This document shows positions 48,279 through 58,750 of a stretch of 64,000 nt of DNA, one piece after another (the first letter of the stretch is position 1; every line of letters starts with the position of its first letter). Location: NCBI GenBank assembly GCA_046483445.1, contig JAWODD010000028.1, positions 131,568 through 195,567 of the forward strand, written 5' to 3'. A program made the position numbers and the translations under genes. The notes beneath the pieces were generated by a model. The model ran no database searches, was not told the DNA's origin, and saw only the letters and a list, made by a program, of their open reading frames with translations. This DNA is from Bacillota bacterium. GTDB taxonomy: Bacteria > Bacillota > Dethiobacteria > DTU022.

Positions 48279-49892
48279 ATGACAAAATATATCTTTATAA
48301 CCGGTGGAGTTGTTTCATCATTGGGCAAGGGAATTACCGCTGCCTCTCTGGGTTGTTTACTCAAAAATAGAGGCTTAAAGCTTACGATCCAAAAGTTTGA
48401 TCCCTACATTAATTACGACCCCGGAACAATGAGTCCCTACCAGCACGGTGAAGTCTTTGTAACAGAAGATGGTGCTGAAACAGACCTTGATTTAGGTCAT
48501 TACGAACGCTTTATAGATGAATCCCTGACCAAAGATAATAATGTTACCGCCGGTAGGGTCTACTGGTCTGTGATCCAGGGGGAAAGGGAAGGTAATTACC
48601 AGGGCAACACGGTCCAGGTTATCCCACATGTAACTGATGAGATAAAGAGGTGTATCACCAAGCTAGACCGTAACAGAGATCTTGATTTGGTGATTACCGA
48701 AATAGGCGGAACTGTCGGTGACATTGAAAGCCTGCCTTTTATGGAATCCATCCGCCAGCTGCGCTACGATCTAAGCTGGGAAAATGTTTTGTTTATCCAT
48801 GTTACCCTGGTTCCCTACCTGCCTATGGCCGGAGAGCTGAAAACCAAGCCTACGCAGCACAGTGTGAAGGAACTGCGCAGTATCGGTATTCAACCTGATA
48901 TTATAGTTTGCCGAGCCGAGCAAACCCTGCCTGACGATTTAAAGAAAAAAATTGCCCTGTTTTGCAATATCCAACCCCATGAAGTGGTGGAAAACCTTGA
49001 TACTAAGACTGTATATGAAGTTCCCATGTTGCTGCAGAATCAGAACCTGGATCAAATGGTTTTGGACAAACTTAATTTAAGCTGCAGACCTGCGAAGATG
49101 AACGAATGGCAGGATTTAGTTAACCGGAAACACAATTTGCAAAGAGAAATAAAAATTGCTTTGGTGGGTAAATATGTTTCTCTTCCTGATGCATATATAA
49201 GTATAAATGAAGCACTTGTTCATGCTGGTTTGGAATATAACACGGCGATAAAAACTGAGCTTGTTCCCGCCGAAGGATTGGAAACAGGAGAAAATAATGA
49301 TCAGCTGTTGGAAGCAGACGGTATTCTGGTACCCGGTGGTTTTGGTGAAAGGGGCACAGAAGGAAAAATTGAAGCAATACGGATAGCCAGGGAAGAAAAA
49401 ATCCCTTTTCTCGGTCTTTGTTTGGGAATGCAGTGTGCAGTCATTGAGTTTGCCCGGAATGCCGCCGGTATTGAAGGAGCGCACAGTACCGAGTTTAATC
49501 CAGATACTCCGGGGCCGGTTATAGATTTCCTGCCCGGACAGGATGAGAACACCATGCTTGGAGGTACCTTACGTTTGGGTGCTTATCCCTGTTCCATAAA
49601 AAAAGGAACCCTGGCTGAAAAAGCTTTTGGTGAAACGACTGTCATGGAAAGGCACAGGCATCGTTATGAATTTAATAATGAGTACAAACCTGTAATGGAA
49701 AAGGCGGGTATGATTTTTAGCGGTATCAATGAAAAGGATAAACTGGTAGAAATGGTGGAGTTAAAAGATCATCCCTGGTTTGTTGCAGTGCAATTTCACC
49801 CGGAATTTAAGTCAAGGCCTACTCGACCGCATCCGTTGTTTAAAGACTTTGTCGAGGCAATTGTTAAGAAGAAAGAGAATCGGGATTTTTGA
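48279..49892 (+). CDS. pyrG: CTP synthase (glutamine-hydrolysing)
   Basis: The N-terminus [18 protein letters not shown] and the C-terminal class I GATase domain are present. Confidence 0.9.
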   Translation: MTKYIFITGGVVSSLGKGITAASLGCLLKNRGLKLTIQKFDPYINYDPGTMSPYQHGEVFVTEDGAETDLDLGHYERFIDESLTKDNNVTAGRVYWSVIQGEREGNYQGNTVQVIPHVTDEIKRCITKLDRNRDLDLVITEIGGTVGDIESLPFMESIRQLRYDLSWENVLFIHVTLVPYLPMAGELKTKPTQHSVKELRSIGIQPDIIVCRAEQTLPDDLKKKIALFCNIQPHEVVENLDTKTVYEVPMLLQNQNLDQMVLDKLNLSCRPAKMNEWQDLVNRKHNLQREIKIALVGKYVSLPDAYISINEALVHAGLEYNTAIKTELVPAEGLETGENNDQLLEADGILVPGGFGERGTEGKIEAIRIAREEKIPFLGLCLGMQCAVIEFARNAAGIEGAHSTEFNPDTPGPVIDFLPGQDENTMLGGTLRLGAYPCSIKKGTLAEKAFGETTVMERHRHRYEFNNEYKPVMEKAGMIFSGINEKDKLVEMVELKDHPWFVAVQFHPEFKSRPTRPHPLFKDFVEAIVKKKENRDF

Positions 49893-50430
49893 TCACTTTT
49901 GCCGAAATTTCCGTCATGGAAATCCGCTGTTCCATGCTGGATTTCCGAAGCAACTTATAGGCCTCGTCTTCGTTTAATTTATATATTTTGGCTAAAACTC
50001 CTTTGGCTTTTTCAATTAACTTTCGTTCATAGAGCTTATTTTCTAGTTCTTCAATTTCTTTACGCAGCTTTTTTTTATGAACAAATTCACTGCACACTGT
50101 TTCAGCTACTGCTGTTAATACAGGTGCATCTACCGGCCAGTTAAGCTGGACATAAAGGTCTAAATCTACTCCGCTGGTATTAATGTATATCGCCGCTGCC
50201 AGGGTGTCGTTTTCGATTATTTCAGCAAGCTGCTCGATATTTCCCGGAGGCAAACTGGTGTCAATAACTGCCAGCCATGGTTGAATTGTGCGCAGGGCTC
50301 TCAAAAACTCTGGAGTATCTTTGCCCTCGCCGGAAGCATGAAAGCCTCCTTCAATAAGTATATTTGTAAGCTTTTTTCTGAGCTTGGGCTGGTTTGAGCC
50401 AATACAAAAATCATAGCTGTTTTTTATCAT
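49864..50430 (-). CDS. ANTAR-domain antitermination regulator with an N-terminal pseudo-receiver (NitR/AmiR-like)
   Basis: The C-terminal ANTAR helix bundle reads [40 protein letters not shown]. The N-terminal receiver-like domain lacks the acidic pocket. The gene sits directly downstream of glnA. Confidence 0.7.
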   Translation of the reverse strand: MIKNSYDFCIGSNQPKLRKKLTNILIEGGFHASGEGKDTPEFLRALRTIQPWLAVIDTSLPPGNIEQLAEIIENDTLAAAIYINTSGVDLDLYVQLNWPVDAPVLTAVAETVCSEFVHKKKLRKEIEELENKLYERKLIEKAKGVLAKIYKLNEDEAYKLLRKSSMEQRISMTEISAKVIKNPDSLSS

Positions 50431-50540
50431 ATTGCCCCCCTCTGCTACCTGGCATTGTTAAAATGATTGATAATTATTCTTGTTCGGTTACTATTATACA
50501 ATTTTTTATTGACTATTTACATGAAGCAGTTAAAATAAAC

Positions 50541-50575
50541 GGGCTGTCCCGGTCTTAGGCGGGACAGCCCGTTAT
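50541..50575 (-). terminator. Intrinsic terminator after glnA (perfect 13-bp-arm hairpin)
   Basis: ACGGGCTGTCCCG-gtcttaggc-GGGACAGCCCGT is followed by a T-run on the minus strand. Confidence 0.6.
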
Positions 50576-50605
50576 GCTTATACCCTATAACTAATCGATA
50601 GTTTT

Positions 50606-51934
50606 TTAGAAGCGAGCCAGGTACCGGTTGACTTCCCAATCATGGACTTCGATTTTATAATCAAACCATTCTTTTAGCCGGCCTTCGCGAAAACGGCTAT
50701 AGATGTGCTCGCCAAGGGCTTCCTGGATGATGGGGTCTTCATCTAAGGCAAGAATGGCCTGGTGCAGGTCACCCGGAAGTTGTTCGATCGAATATTTTTC
50801 TTTTTGCTCATCGGTCATAGTGTATATGTTTAAGTTTACCGGGTCAGGAGGGGCAATTTCTTTGTGAATCCCATCCAAACCTGCACGAAGCATGGTAGCA
50901 AAAGCCAGGTAAGGGTTGCAAGAAGGATCAGGGTTGCGCAGTTCTACCCGGGTCCCGATTCCTCTTCTGGCAGGCACTCTGACCAGCGGACTGCGGTTAC
51001 GATGTGACCAGGCGATATAAACAGGAGCTTCATAGCCGGGTACAAGTCTTTTATATGAATTGACCAGGGGGTTGGTTATTGCCGTGTAACCTTTGGCGTG
51101 ACCAAGAAGTCCGCCAACAAAATGTAACATTTCTTTACTCATCTCATCGGGTGCATCGGGATTATGGAAAACATTACTGCCATTTTTGAATAATGAAAGG
51201 TGGGTATGCATCCCGGAGCCGTTAATCCCTGAAATTGGTTTGGGCATAAAAGTGGCATAAAGACCGTGCCTCTGGGCGATAGTCCGCACTACGAACCTGA
51301 AGGTGGAAAGATCATCTGCCGTGCGCAGGGCGTCGCTGTACTTAAAATCTATCTCATGCTGTCCCGGAGCCACTTCATGGTGGGAAGCTTCAATTTCTAA
51401 GCCCATTTGTTCCAGGCTTAAAACCATATCTCTACGGGCATTTTCTCCCAGGTCAGTCGGGGCCAGGTCGAAATAGCCACCCTGATCGTGAGTGTGCAGA
51501 GTTGGGGCCCCGTTTCCATCAGTGTGGAACATGAAAAATTCTGCCTCCGGACCGCAGTTCATCGTATAACCTTCCCTACCGGCCAGTTCCATCATGCGCC
51601 TGAGCTGGCTGCGCGGACAGCCGGCGAAAGGTTCTCCTTCCGGGGTGTATACATCGCACATTAGCCTGGCCACCCCGCCTTCTTTGGGGCGGAAGGGGAA
51701 AATGGCAAATGTATTTAGGTCCGGTCGCAGGTACATATCAGATTCTTCAATTCGCACAAAACCTTCAATGGAAGAACCGTCAAACATTAATTCTCCGTCC
51801 AGGGCTTTTTCCAGCTGGTCTGTGGTAATTGCCACATTCTTTAACTGCCCCGATAAGTCGGTAAACTGTAAGCGGATAAATTTTACTCCCGATTCCTTCA
51901 CAATGCTAATTACGTCTTCTTTAGTCATACTCAT
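50606..51934 (-). CDS. glnA: Glutamine synthetase type I
   Basis: 442 aa with GS signatures. The ATG lies 8 nt after AAGGAG. Confidence 0.9.
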   Translation of the reverse strand: MSMTKEDVISIVKESGVKFIRLQFTDLSGQLKNVAITTDQLEKALDGELMFDGSSIEGFVRIEESDMYLRPDLNTFAIFPFRPKEGGVARLMCDVYTPEGEPFAGCPRSQLRRMMELAGREGYTMNCGPEAEFFMFHTDGNGAPTLHTHDQGGYFDLAPTDLGENARRDMVLSLEQMGLEIEASHHEVAPGQHEIDFKYSDALRTADDLSTFRFVVRTIAQRHGLYATFMPKPISGINGSGMHTHLSLFKNGSNVFHNPDAPDEMSKEMLHFVGGLLGHAKGYTAITNPLVNSYKRLVPGYEAPVYIAWSHRNRSPLVRVPARRGIGTRVELRNPDPSCNPYLAFATMLRAGLDGIHKEIAPPDPVNLNIYTMTDEQKEKYSIEQLPGDLHQAILALDEDPIIQEALGEHIYSRFREGRLKEWFDYKIEVHDWEVNRYLARF

Positions 51935-51970
51935 TAGATCATCTCCTTAAATAGAATATTGATAATTCAA

Positions 51971-52014
51971 TAAAAAACGCCCGCTGACAGCTGTTTACAG
52001 CTGTTCAAGCGGGC
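51971..52014 (-). terminator. Leader terminator (attenuator) immediately upstream of the glnA SD
   Basis: On the minus strand CGCCCGCUUGAACAGCUGUAAACAGCUGUCAGCGGGCG is followed by UUUUUU, 35 nt before the glnA ATG. Confidence 0.6.
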
Positions 52015-52047
52015 GCCATTGCCCAAGTATTGTAACTTAACGATTTT

Positions 52048-52076
52048 TAGTATACAGCCTAAGTTATTCTTTGTCA
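52048..52076 (-). promoter_or_regulatory. Sigma-A promoter TTGACA-N17-TATACT for the glnA leader
   Basis: The minus strand reads TTGACAaagaataacttaggctgTATACT. Confidence 0.55.
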
Positions 52077-52210
52077 ATAGAAGGGGCTAATTAGTTTGTT
52101 CTATCCTCAAATGATTCCGGCTTGCTCATATATAAAGGTATTTTTGCAGCATTCCCCGGTTAATTTTTTAAAGAATGAATAAGCGCTTGTTTAAGTTCGG
52201 CAAAAATTAA

Positions 52211-54409
52211 CTAACAGGTTTTAGCAACCATGCGGATTACCCCGCCTGTGCAGACAGCGGCGCAGGTTCCGCAGCCACCACATTTGTTTGCATCAATAAT
52301 AAAGTTAGTTTCTTCTCTTGTTCTGGCCTGCCGCGGGCAGGCATTTACACATTCATCGCAGCGCACGCAAACGCCGCAGTGTAAACAGCGCTGATATTCT
52401 TCCCTGATGCTTAGCTGATTATCGTTCTTGTCAGGCTGGTTGGTATGAAGATGCAAATCGGCATAATTGATTGGTTCTTTTACTTCAGGAGAATATTCAA
52501 GTCCCTGCAGCTCAGCATGAATTCGTTCGGCACATTTATGCCCTTTCTTAATACTGTTGGCTACCAGGCCAAGGCCGGTGGAGTCGCCAATGACAGAGAC
52601 CCTGGGGTTGACTGTTTTTCCGGTATCATCAAGTGATTCGAAAAAACCCCGCCGGTTTAACTGGTTGCTTAATTCCGGGGGTAAAAAGTCAAGACCGGGC
52701 GCCTCGTTAATAAAGGCCAGCGCTTCCCCGGGAAGATAAGTTTCGCTACCGGTGCTGTCCTTCACAATTACTCTGTCATCTTTGACCTCTTCCAGAAAAT
52801 ACGGGTAGAGCAAATTGATTCCCGCTTCAATCCATTTATTTAATTCATCCGTATTGGCTGAGGGTGGTTGAATATCTATAACAATTAACTGATCCGGCTG
52901 CACTCCTAAAGCGGTTAAGGCTTCAAGGCCATCTAATGCGGCATCGCCGCAGCCGATTACAACCACCCTGGAGCCAATGATGATTTTCTCCCCTAAATTG
53001 AATGATTTAAGAAAATCAATGCCGGCCCTAATTTTCTCATGTCCTTTGACCGGGGGTAAAAGGGGGCGGTGGGCGCCAACCGCTACAATTACATGATCAT
53101 ACTTTTCGACTAATGACTCGAACTGATTACTGTCCACTTTTTCTCCGAGGTGAAATATTATACCCAGCTCGGCAATGTTTTGCAGGTCTTTTTCAAGATC
53201 TTCCAGGGGCAGGCGTTCGCGTGAAATAACCTGGTACATCTTGCCTCCGGGCCGGTCTTCTGCTTCATAAACTTCTACACTGTAGCCCTGCCTGGCGAGG
53301 AAATAAGCGCTGCTTAAACCGGCCGGTCCGGCCCCGATGACAGCGATATTTCCTGAATGAGAACCTTTTTTTTGCACTTTTCGGTTCCCATGAAAGCCCC
53401 GGGCCAGTTCGACAGTGCGAACCGGCGAATCAACCTTGCCCCTACTGCAGGCATCTACACAGAGATAAGCACAGATAAAACCGCAGTTGCTGTAACGAAA
53501 AGGAGTATAAGAATCAATCAATTCCAGGGCTTCTTTATATTCGCCATGCCTAATGTGCCCGAGGAACCGACCGGTTGGAATGCCCACCGGACATGCTACT
53601 TCACATGGCGAAGCCAATTCTTTTTGTTCGGGAATGAGTCCCGTGTTAATGGGGTAAGCCGGCGTATAAAACTTGCTGAAAGGTCTGCTGCCGGCGGGGG
53701 CAATCTTTACTATTTCTCGCTCTAAAAGCGGTTTTGCTGTAAGGTTAAAATAATTGCAGAATTCATCAACCAAAGGCCTGATTTTATCCAGGTCTTCAGC
53801 TGTGGGATAAGCAGAGGTGGCCCCGATACCGGGCATGTAAGCCGGCAGTTCGTAATTAAAAAGAAATATCTCTCCGCCGTGAATCCCTGTAGCAAGCGTT
53901 TTATCGGCCAGTCCAGCAACATTTTCTGCAAGATTGTGCCGGTTTAAAACGATTATGGTGCCGCCGGCCATATATTCACCTAAAAAATCACCGCTGGTTC
54001 CGCCGATTACTACCGAGGGTTTTAAAGTTTTATATTCTTTCATATGAATTCCCACCCGGTAACCCACATCATCGCGGATGAAAAGCTTGCCGCCACGCAT
54101 TCCGTAGGCTAAAGCGTCGCCTCCAAGACCGTGAATAATAACAGTGCCGCTGTCCATGGTGTTGGCCACAGCGTTTTGGGCGTGTCCCTTGACCTTTATG
54201 GTCGGACCTCCCAGACAAAAAGCCAGGTCCTCTCCGGGAACCCCTTCAATTTCAAGCAGTAAATCGGTTTCTGTCAATCCCGCCCCCAGGTAACGCTGAC
54301 CCAGAACATTGGTTACAAGTATGTGGCGTTCTCCGTTTGCGACACATTCCCGGATCACTTCATTTAGCTGGCGATAATAGATTCCTTTGGCATTGATTGT
54401 ATAGGGCAT
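52211..54409 (-). CDS. Glutamate synthase component: GXGXG (GltB domain 3) fused to a GltD-like FAD/NAD(P)H oxidoreductase and 2x[4Fe-4S] ferredoxin
   Basis: The N-terminal beta-helix GXGXG repeats GGDALAYGMRGG and GGTSGDFLGEYMAGG are present. The middle domain has the Fe-S Cys cluster plus IGAGPAGLSSAYFLARQGY. The C-terminus carries CxxCxxCxxxCP twice. Confidence 0.8.
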   Translation of the reverse strand: MPYTINAKGIYYRQLNEVIRECVANGERHILVTNVLGQRYLGAGLTETDLLLEIEGVPGEDLAFCLGGPTIKVKGHAQNAVANTMDSGTVIIHGLGGDALAYGMRGGKLFIRDDVGYRVGIHMKEYKTLKPSVVIGGTSGDFLGEYMAGGTIIVLNRHNLAENVAGLADKTLATGIHGGEIFLFNYELPAYMPGIGATSAYPTAEDLDKIRPLVDEFCNYFNLTAKPLLEREIVKIAPAGSRPFSKFYTPAYPINTGLIPEQKELASPCEVACPVGIPTGRFLGHIRHGEYKEALELIDSYTPFRYSNCGFICAYLCVDACSRGKVDSPVRTVELARGFHGNRKVQKKGSHSGNIAVIGAGPAGLSSAYFLARQGYSVEVYEAEDRPGGKMYQVISRERLPLEDLEKDLQNIAELGIIFHLGEKVDSNQFESLVEKYDHVIVAVGAHRPLLPPVKGHEKIRAGIDFLKSFNLGEKIIIGSRVVVIGCGDAALDGLEALTALGVQPDQLIVIDIQPPSANTDELNKWIEAGINLLYPYFLEEVKDDRVIVKDSTGSETYLPGEALAFINEAPGLDFLPPELSNQLNRRGFFESLDDTGKTVNPRVSVIGDSTGLGLVANSIKKGHKCAERIHAELQGLEYSPEVKEPINYADLHLHTNQPDKNDNQLSIREEYQRCLHCGVCVRCDECVNACPRQARTREETNFIIDANKCGGCGTCAAVCTGGVIRMVAKTC

Positions 54410-54418
54410 TTTTTCACC

Positions 54419-55927
54419 TTACTCTCCGGCATGATTTATTCCAAGGACGGACAATTCTTTTTCTGAAAGGCCCACACCGCGCAAGATCAGGCGGTTGCCT
54501 CGGAATGATCCAATATCGTAAATACCGTTTAGGCCCATTATTTCTTTTATTTCGTGATGCCACCCTTCAATAAGGTTGGTTAATCTTTGGTAAGCCCAGT
54601 CCGGGTCAAGCCTTTGGCTTATTTCGGGGTCGTTGGTAGTGATGCCCCAGGGACACTTACCACTGTGGCAGCGCTGACAACCATGACAGCCGCAGGCAAT
54701 GAGCACAGCGCTGCCAATTGCAACAGTATCGGCACCAAGAGCGAGTGCTTTCATAATATCGGCGCTGCTGCGGTTTCCACCGGCGATGATGATTGAAGCC
54801 TGGTTGCGAATTCCTTCATCTCGGAGCCTTTGGTCAACTGCGGCCAGGGCCAATTCCGTGGGAATGCCCACATTATCTCTTACCACTGCAGGGGTGGCCC
54901 CCGAACCGCCCCTGAAACCGTCGAGGTATACCATATCCGCTCCGGCCCGGACAATACCGCTGGCAATAGCCGGGGCATTGTGCACAGCGGCAATTTTTAC
55001 GCATACAGGCTTGTAACCGCTTGCTTCTTTAATGGCATAGATTAAAAGGCGCAGATCTTCAATGGAATAAATATCATGTTGAGGGGCGGGGGAAATAGCA
55101 TCACTGCCTTCGGGAATCATCCTGGTTTCAGAAATCCCGGGCAAGACTTTTTCACCGGGCAAATGTCCGCCGATACCCGGTTTGGCTCCCTGGCCAATTT
55201 TGATCTGGTAGGCGCGTGCTTTTTGCAGATAAGAAGGGTTAATCCCAAAACGCCCGGAAGCCACCTGCAAAATAGAATTATCTGTATACGGGTAAAGCTC
55301 TTCATGTAAACCACCTTCGCCTGAATACCAGAGCAGATCTTTTTCCGAAGCCACCCGGGCCAGCGCTTTCTGCAGGTTAAGGTTGATACTTCCGTAAGAC
55401 ATCGGAGCAAATACAAGCGGCATGCTGAGCCTGATCACGTTGCTGCCACCGTTTTTAGGCGAGCTTTTCAGCGAATCGGGCTTGCGTCCCAGGGTAGTGA
55501 TTGTTTCCATCGGTTCCCGCTGTGGGTCGATCGAAGGGTTGGTAACCTGGCAGGCATTGAAAACCAGCCGGTCCCAGTAAACCGGCAGCTCGGTGTCGGC
55601 GCCGAAGCCGGTCAGGGTTACCGCACCGAAAGAAGCCTGCTGGTGAACCCTTTTGAGAGCTTTGGTGTCCCAAACCCCGTGTTGGCGCAGAGCAAGCGGT
55701 TTTTCTTTGATAACAATGGCATCGCGGGGGCAGGCCACTTCGCAACGGTGACAGGCGCCGCAGGACTTGCGGTTGGCTACCGGAATTTTCTTCTCCCCCC
55801 GCGGCTCGATCCTGATTTCATTAAAAGTGCATTGTTCCGCGCATTCGCCGCAGCCGTCACAAAGTTCGAGATCAAATACCGGCTGAAAAATAGCATGTTG
55901 ACCGGGCTCGTTGATTTGTTTTTCCAT
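54419..55927 (-). CDS. Glutamate synthase FMN-binding domain protein (GltB domain 2 homologue) with an N-terminal 2x[4Fe-4S] ferredoxin
   Basis: The N-terminus has CDGCGEC...C and CGACHRCEVACP. The core is a GltB central-domain FMN/Fe-S TIM barrel. Confidence 0.8.
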   Translation of the reverse strand: MEKQINEPGQHAIFQPVFDLELCDGCGECAEQCTFNEIRIEPRGEKKIPVANRKSCGACHRCEVACPRDAIVIKEKPLALRQHGVWDTKALKRVHQQASFGAVTLTGFGADTELPVYWDRLVFNACQVTNPSIDPQREPMETITTLGRKPDSLKSSPKNGGSNVIRLSMPLVFAPMSYGSINLNLQKALARVASEKDLLWYSGEGGLHEELYPYTDNSILQVASGRFGINPSYLQKARAYQIKIGQGAKPGIGGHLPGEKVLPGISETRMIPEGSDAISPAPQHDIYSIEDLRLLIYAIKEASGYKPVCVKIAAVHNAPAIASGIVRAGADMVYLDGFRGGSGATPAVVRDNVGIPTELALAAVDQRLRDEGIRNQASIIIAGGNRSSADIMKALALGADTVAIGSAVLIACGCHGCQRCHSGKCPWGITTNDPEISQRLDPDWAYQRLTNLIEGWHHEIKEIMGLNGIYDIGSFRGNRLILRGVGLSEKELSVLGINHAGE

Positions 55928-55950
55928 TGGCGGATTCCAACCCCTTTTAG

Positions 55951-57030
55951 TTATGAATTTATTACCTGCATCGCTTCCTGATCAAACAGGGCGATAACCG
56001 GTTCACCGGCCCGGGGGGTGATCACTGCCTGTAAATCATTTTCCATTGCGTAAAGCGAAGCAATTTCACTGGCGAAATAAGTATATCCATCATAAGTGGC
56101 CGAGGTCATCGGCCTTAACTTGGTGTTGTCGGTAAGGCTGAACATGCCTTTATCAAAAGCGGTTAAGACGGCAAAAGGACCGTTAAGCATAGCCTGTTCA
56201 TAAGTAACCCGCAGGGTGGTTAAAAAATCTTTTTCCTCGGGATCGGCGATCCGGTCGATGGTGCTCCAGTACGGGGGAGCCAGAACAGTAGTGGCCTCTT
56301 CAATACTTAGTCCGTGCCTGCGAATTAGAAGGTCGATCAGATAAGCAATTGCTTCACTGTCAGTTTGCAGGAGGCAGTAGTAGCCGTAAGATTCCAGGTA
56401 ACGCCGGTTAATTCCGTAAGATGATATTTCTCCGTTGTGGACAATTGACCATTCAAGCGTATTAAATGGGTGGGCGCCACCCCACCAGCCGGGAGTATTG
56501 GTTGGGAAACGATTATGTCCCAGCCAGCTGTACCCTGCGTACTGGTCCAACTGGAAAAATTCATAAATATCTATGGGTGTGCCCACCCCTTTAAAGACCC
56601 CCATGTTTTTACCATTTGAATATGGATAAGCTCCTTTGATAGTTTTATTTAACTGCATACACTTGGAAACCACGTAATTATCATCATTTTCCTCACCGGG
56701 AAGACGTTTTTCACTCGGCTGGGCGGGTTTTACAAAATATAGACGGAAAGAAGGATGGTCTTTGATTTTTTTGTTCCAAACCGGGACCGGTTGTTCCTGG
56801 ATAACTTCGAACCAGCGCTTGACAAATTTTCCCGCTTCATTCAACAAATCTTGATTAGAAGCCATAATATGCAAAGCATAAAAATCTTCATAGCCAGGAT
56901 AAATGCCGTAAGCGGCATATCCTGCCCCAAGGCCGTTACCCCGATCATTCATCAAGCAAATACCTTTCTTGAGCCTTTCTCCGTTTTCTTTAACTTTTTT
57001 AGAACTGACCAATCCAACGATACCGCACAT
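55951..57030 (-). CDS. Class II glutamine amidotransferase domain protein (GltB domain 1 homologue)
   Basis: The N-terminus is M-CGIVGLV, with a nucleophilic Cys after Met. The start was moved to the ATG at 57030, which lies behind an AAGGGGG SD. Confidence 0.8.
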   Translation of the reverse strand: MCGIVGLVSSKKVKENGERLKKGICLMNDRGNGLGAGYAAYGIYPGYEDFYALHIMASNQDLLNEAGKFVKRWFEVIQEQPVPVWNKKIKDHPSFRLYFVKPAQPSEKRLPGEENDDNYVVSKCMQLNKTIKGAYPYSNGKNMGVFKGVGTPIDIYEFFQLDQYAGYSWLGHNRFPTNTPGWWGGAHPFNTLEWSIVHNGEISSYGINRRYLESYGYYCLLQTDSEAIAYLIDLLIRRHGLSIEEATTVLAPPYWSTIDRIADPEEKDFLTTLRVTYEQAMLNGPFAVLTAFDKGMFSLTDNTKLRPMTSATYDGYTYFASEIASLYAMENDLQAVITPRAGEPVIALFDQEAMQVINS

Positions 57031-57282
57031 ATTATTCTGCCCCCTTATGAGGTTTCTTAAAATCACAATCAATCTTATATCGTATCGTGGAACTATATAT
57101 TACATTATGGAATAATATCCTGTCAAGGGAAAAGTGGAATTTTCTATATTTAATAATTTCAGACAAAAGATGCTGCAATAACTGCTTTGCCTTAAATCGC
57201 GCTTTTTGCCCTGTGCAAATTGTTTCCAAAGTCAAACCAATCAAACGGTTAAACATGCTAATTGAAGGATATTTAAAAAGTT

Positions 57283-58749
57283 ATGTTGAACATTAAATTC
57301 ATGGAAAGCAGAACCGATTTAGGGTCCGTTTATTCAAGCAAGTCTTTTCTACCGCAGGAAAAATGTGGTATTTTTGCCGTGTACGGCTACAGCGGTCCCG
57401 AAAATGCCGCATTTATTGCTTACCTGGGTTTGCTTGCCCTGCAGCACCGCGGGCAGGAAAGTGCGGGTATGGCCTATATTAAAAACCGGGGAGTTGAAGC
57501 AATAAAGGGTATGGGCTTGGTTGACCGGGTTTTTTCCCAACCTGTGCTTGCGGGAATTGATTCCCGGACTATTCTCGGGCATGTCCGTTATTCTACCACC
57601 GGTTTGAGCTATGCTGCCAACGCCCAACCATTGCTGGCCCGTGCAGCGGATAAAAAGGCGGTAGCCGTGGCTCATAATGGTAATCTGACCAATACCAGGC
57701 GCCTTCATAACAGGTTGCTGGAGGAAGGGCATATTTTTCACTCCACTTCAGATACAGAAATTATTTTGAGCTATTTATCCCGGTTTAGAAAGCATAGCCT
57801 GGACGGTGCTGTGCAAAAAACCATGGAAATAATTGAAGGTGCTTATGCTGCCGTGGTCCTGGACGAAAATCAAATCATTGCTTTTAGAGACCCCAATGGT
57901 TTTCGCCCACTGGTGATCGGCAGGGTGGGGGGCGCTTACATTTTTGCTTCCGAAACAGCGGCTTTGGATGCGGTTGGCGCAGTATTCCTAAGGGATGTAG
58001 CTCCGGGTGAAATAGTCTCTGCCGGGCCGGGAGGTTTGAGTTCAAAGCAGAACTTTTCACAGATACAAAAAACAGAGCATTTTAAAGCCGCGTCGCTGTG
58101 CATGTTTGAGTATATATATTTTTCCCGGCCGGACAGTGTCCTGGAAGGAAAAAGTGTTTATGAAACCAGGAAGAAGGTTGGATCGCTTTTGGCCGGTCAT
58201 GTTCCTTCAGAGCTGGACCTGGTGATTCCTTCACCCGATTCCGGAGTAGCTGCCGCAATTGGTTTGGCCGATAAATTGAGATTGCCCTTGCAATGGGCGG
58301 TGCATTGTAATCCTTATCTGGGCCGAACCTTCATTGAACCCACTCAGGGTGAAAGGGAAATGGCGGTACGCTTGAAATTAAATCCGGTAAAAGAGCTTGT
58401 AGCAGGCAAAAAAGTGGCTATTGTCGATGATTCCCTGGTCAGGGGCACTACAGCCCGGGTGCTGGTTTCCCTGCTGCGGGAAGCCGGCGCTTTGGAAGTG
58501 CACCTTTGTATAGCTTCGCCACCCTACAGGTTTCCCTGCTATTACGGGATTGATATTCCCCTGGCCGCTGATTTGGCAGCCGAACAGGGGATCAAAGGTT
58601 TGACTGGTGCTACCGGTGCCGATTCAGTAAATTTCGCCCGGTTAGAAGATTTATATGCAGCTATCGGCAAGGAAGAAGGCAGCTTGTGCGCTGCTTGTTT
58701 CAGTGGCAATTATCCAACTTTAAATAAGATGAGAGGAATGGTGAGTTAG
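57283..58749 (+). CDS. purF: Amidophosphoribosyltransferase
   Basis: A propeptide is followed by CGIFAVYG, and there is a PRTase domain with Cys ligands. The exact start is uncertain. Confidence 0.85.
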   Translation: MLNIKFMESRTDLGSVYSSKSFLPQEKCGIFAVYGYSGPENAAFIAYLGLLALQHRGQESAGMAYIKNRGVEAIKGMGLVDRVFSQPVLAGIDSRTILGHVRYSTTGLSYAANAQPLLARAADKKAVAVAHNGNLTNTRRLHNRLLEEGHIFHSTSDTEIILSYLSRFRKHSLDGAVQKTMEIIEGAYAAVVLDENQIIAFRDPNGFRPLVIGRVGGAYIFASETAALDAVGAVFLRDVAPGEIVSAGPGGLSSKQNFSQIQKTEHFKAASLCMFEYIYFSRPDSVLEGKSVYETRKKVGSLLAGHVPSELDLVIPSPDSGVAAAIGLADKLRLPLQWAVHCNPYLGRTFIEPTQGEREMAVRLKLNPVKELVAGKKVAIVDDSLVRGTTARVLVSLLREAGALEVHLCIASPPYRFPCYYGIDIPLAADLAAEQGIKGLTGATGADSVNFARLEDLYAAIGKEEGSLCAACFSGNYPTLNKMRGMVS

Positions 58750-58750
58750 C

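Noticed and set aside
52040-52110. A GlnR/TnrA box (TGTNA-N7-TNACA) at the glnA promoter.
   Set aside because: No match was found; TGTCAatagaagggGCTAA lacks the second half-site.
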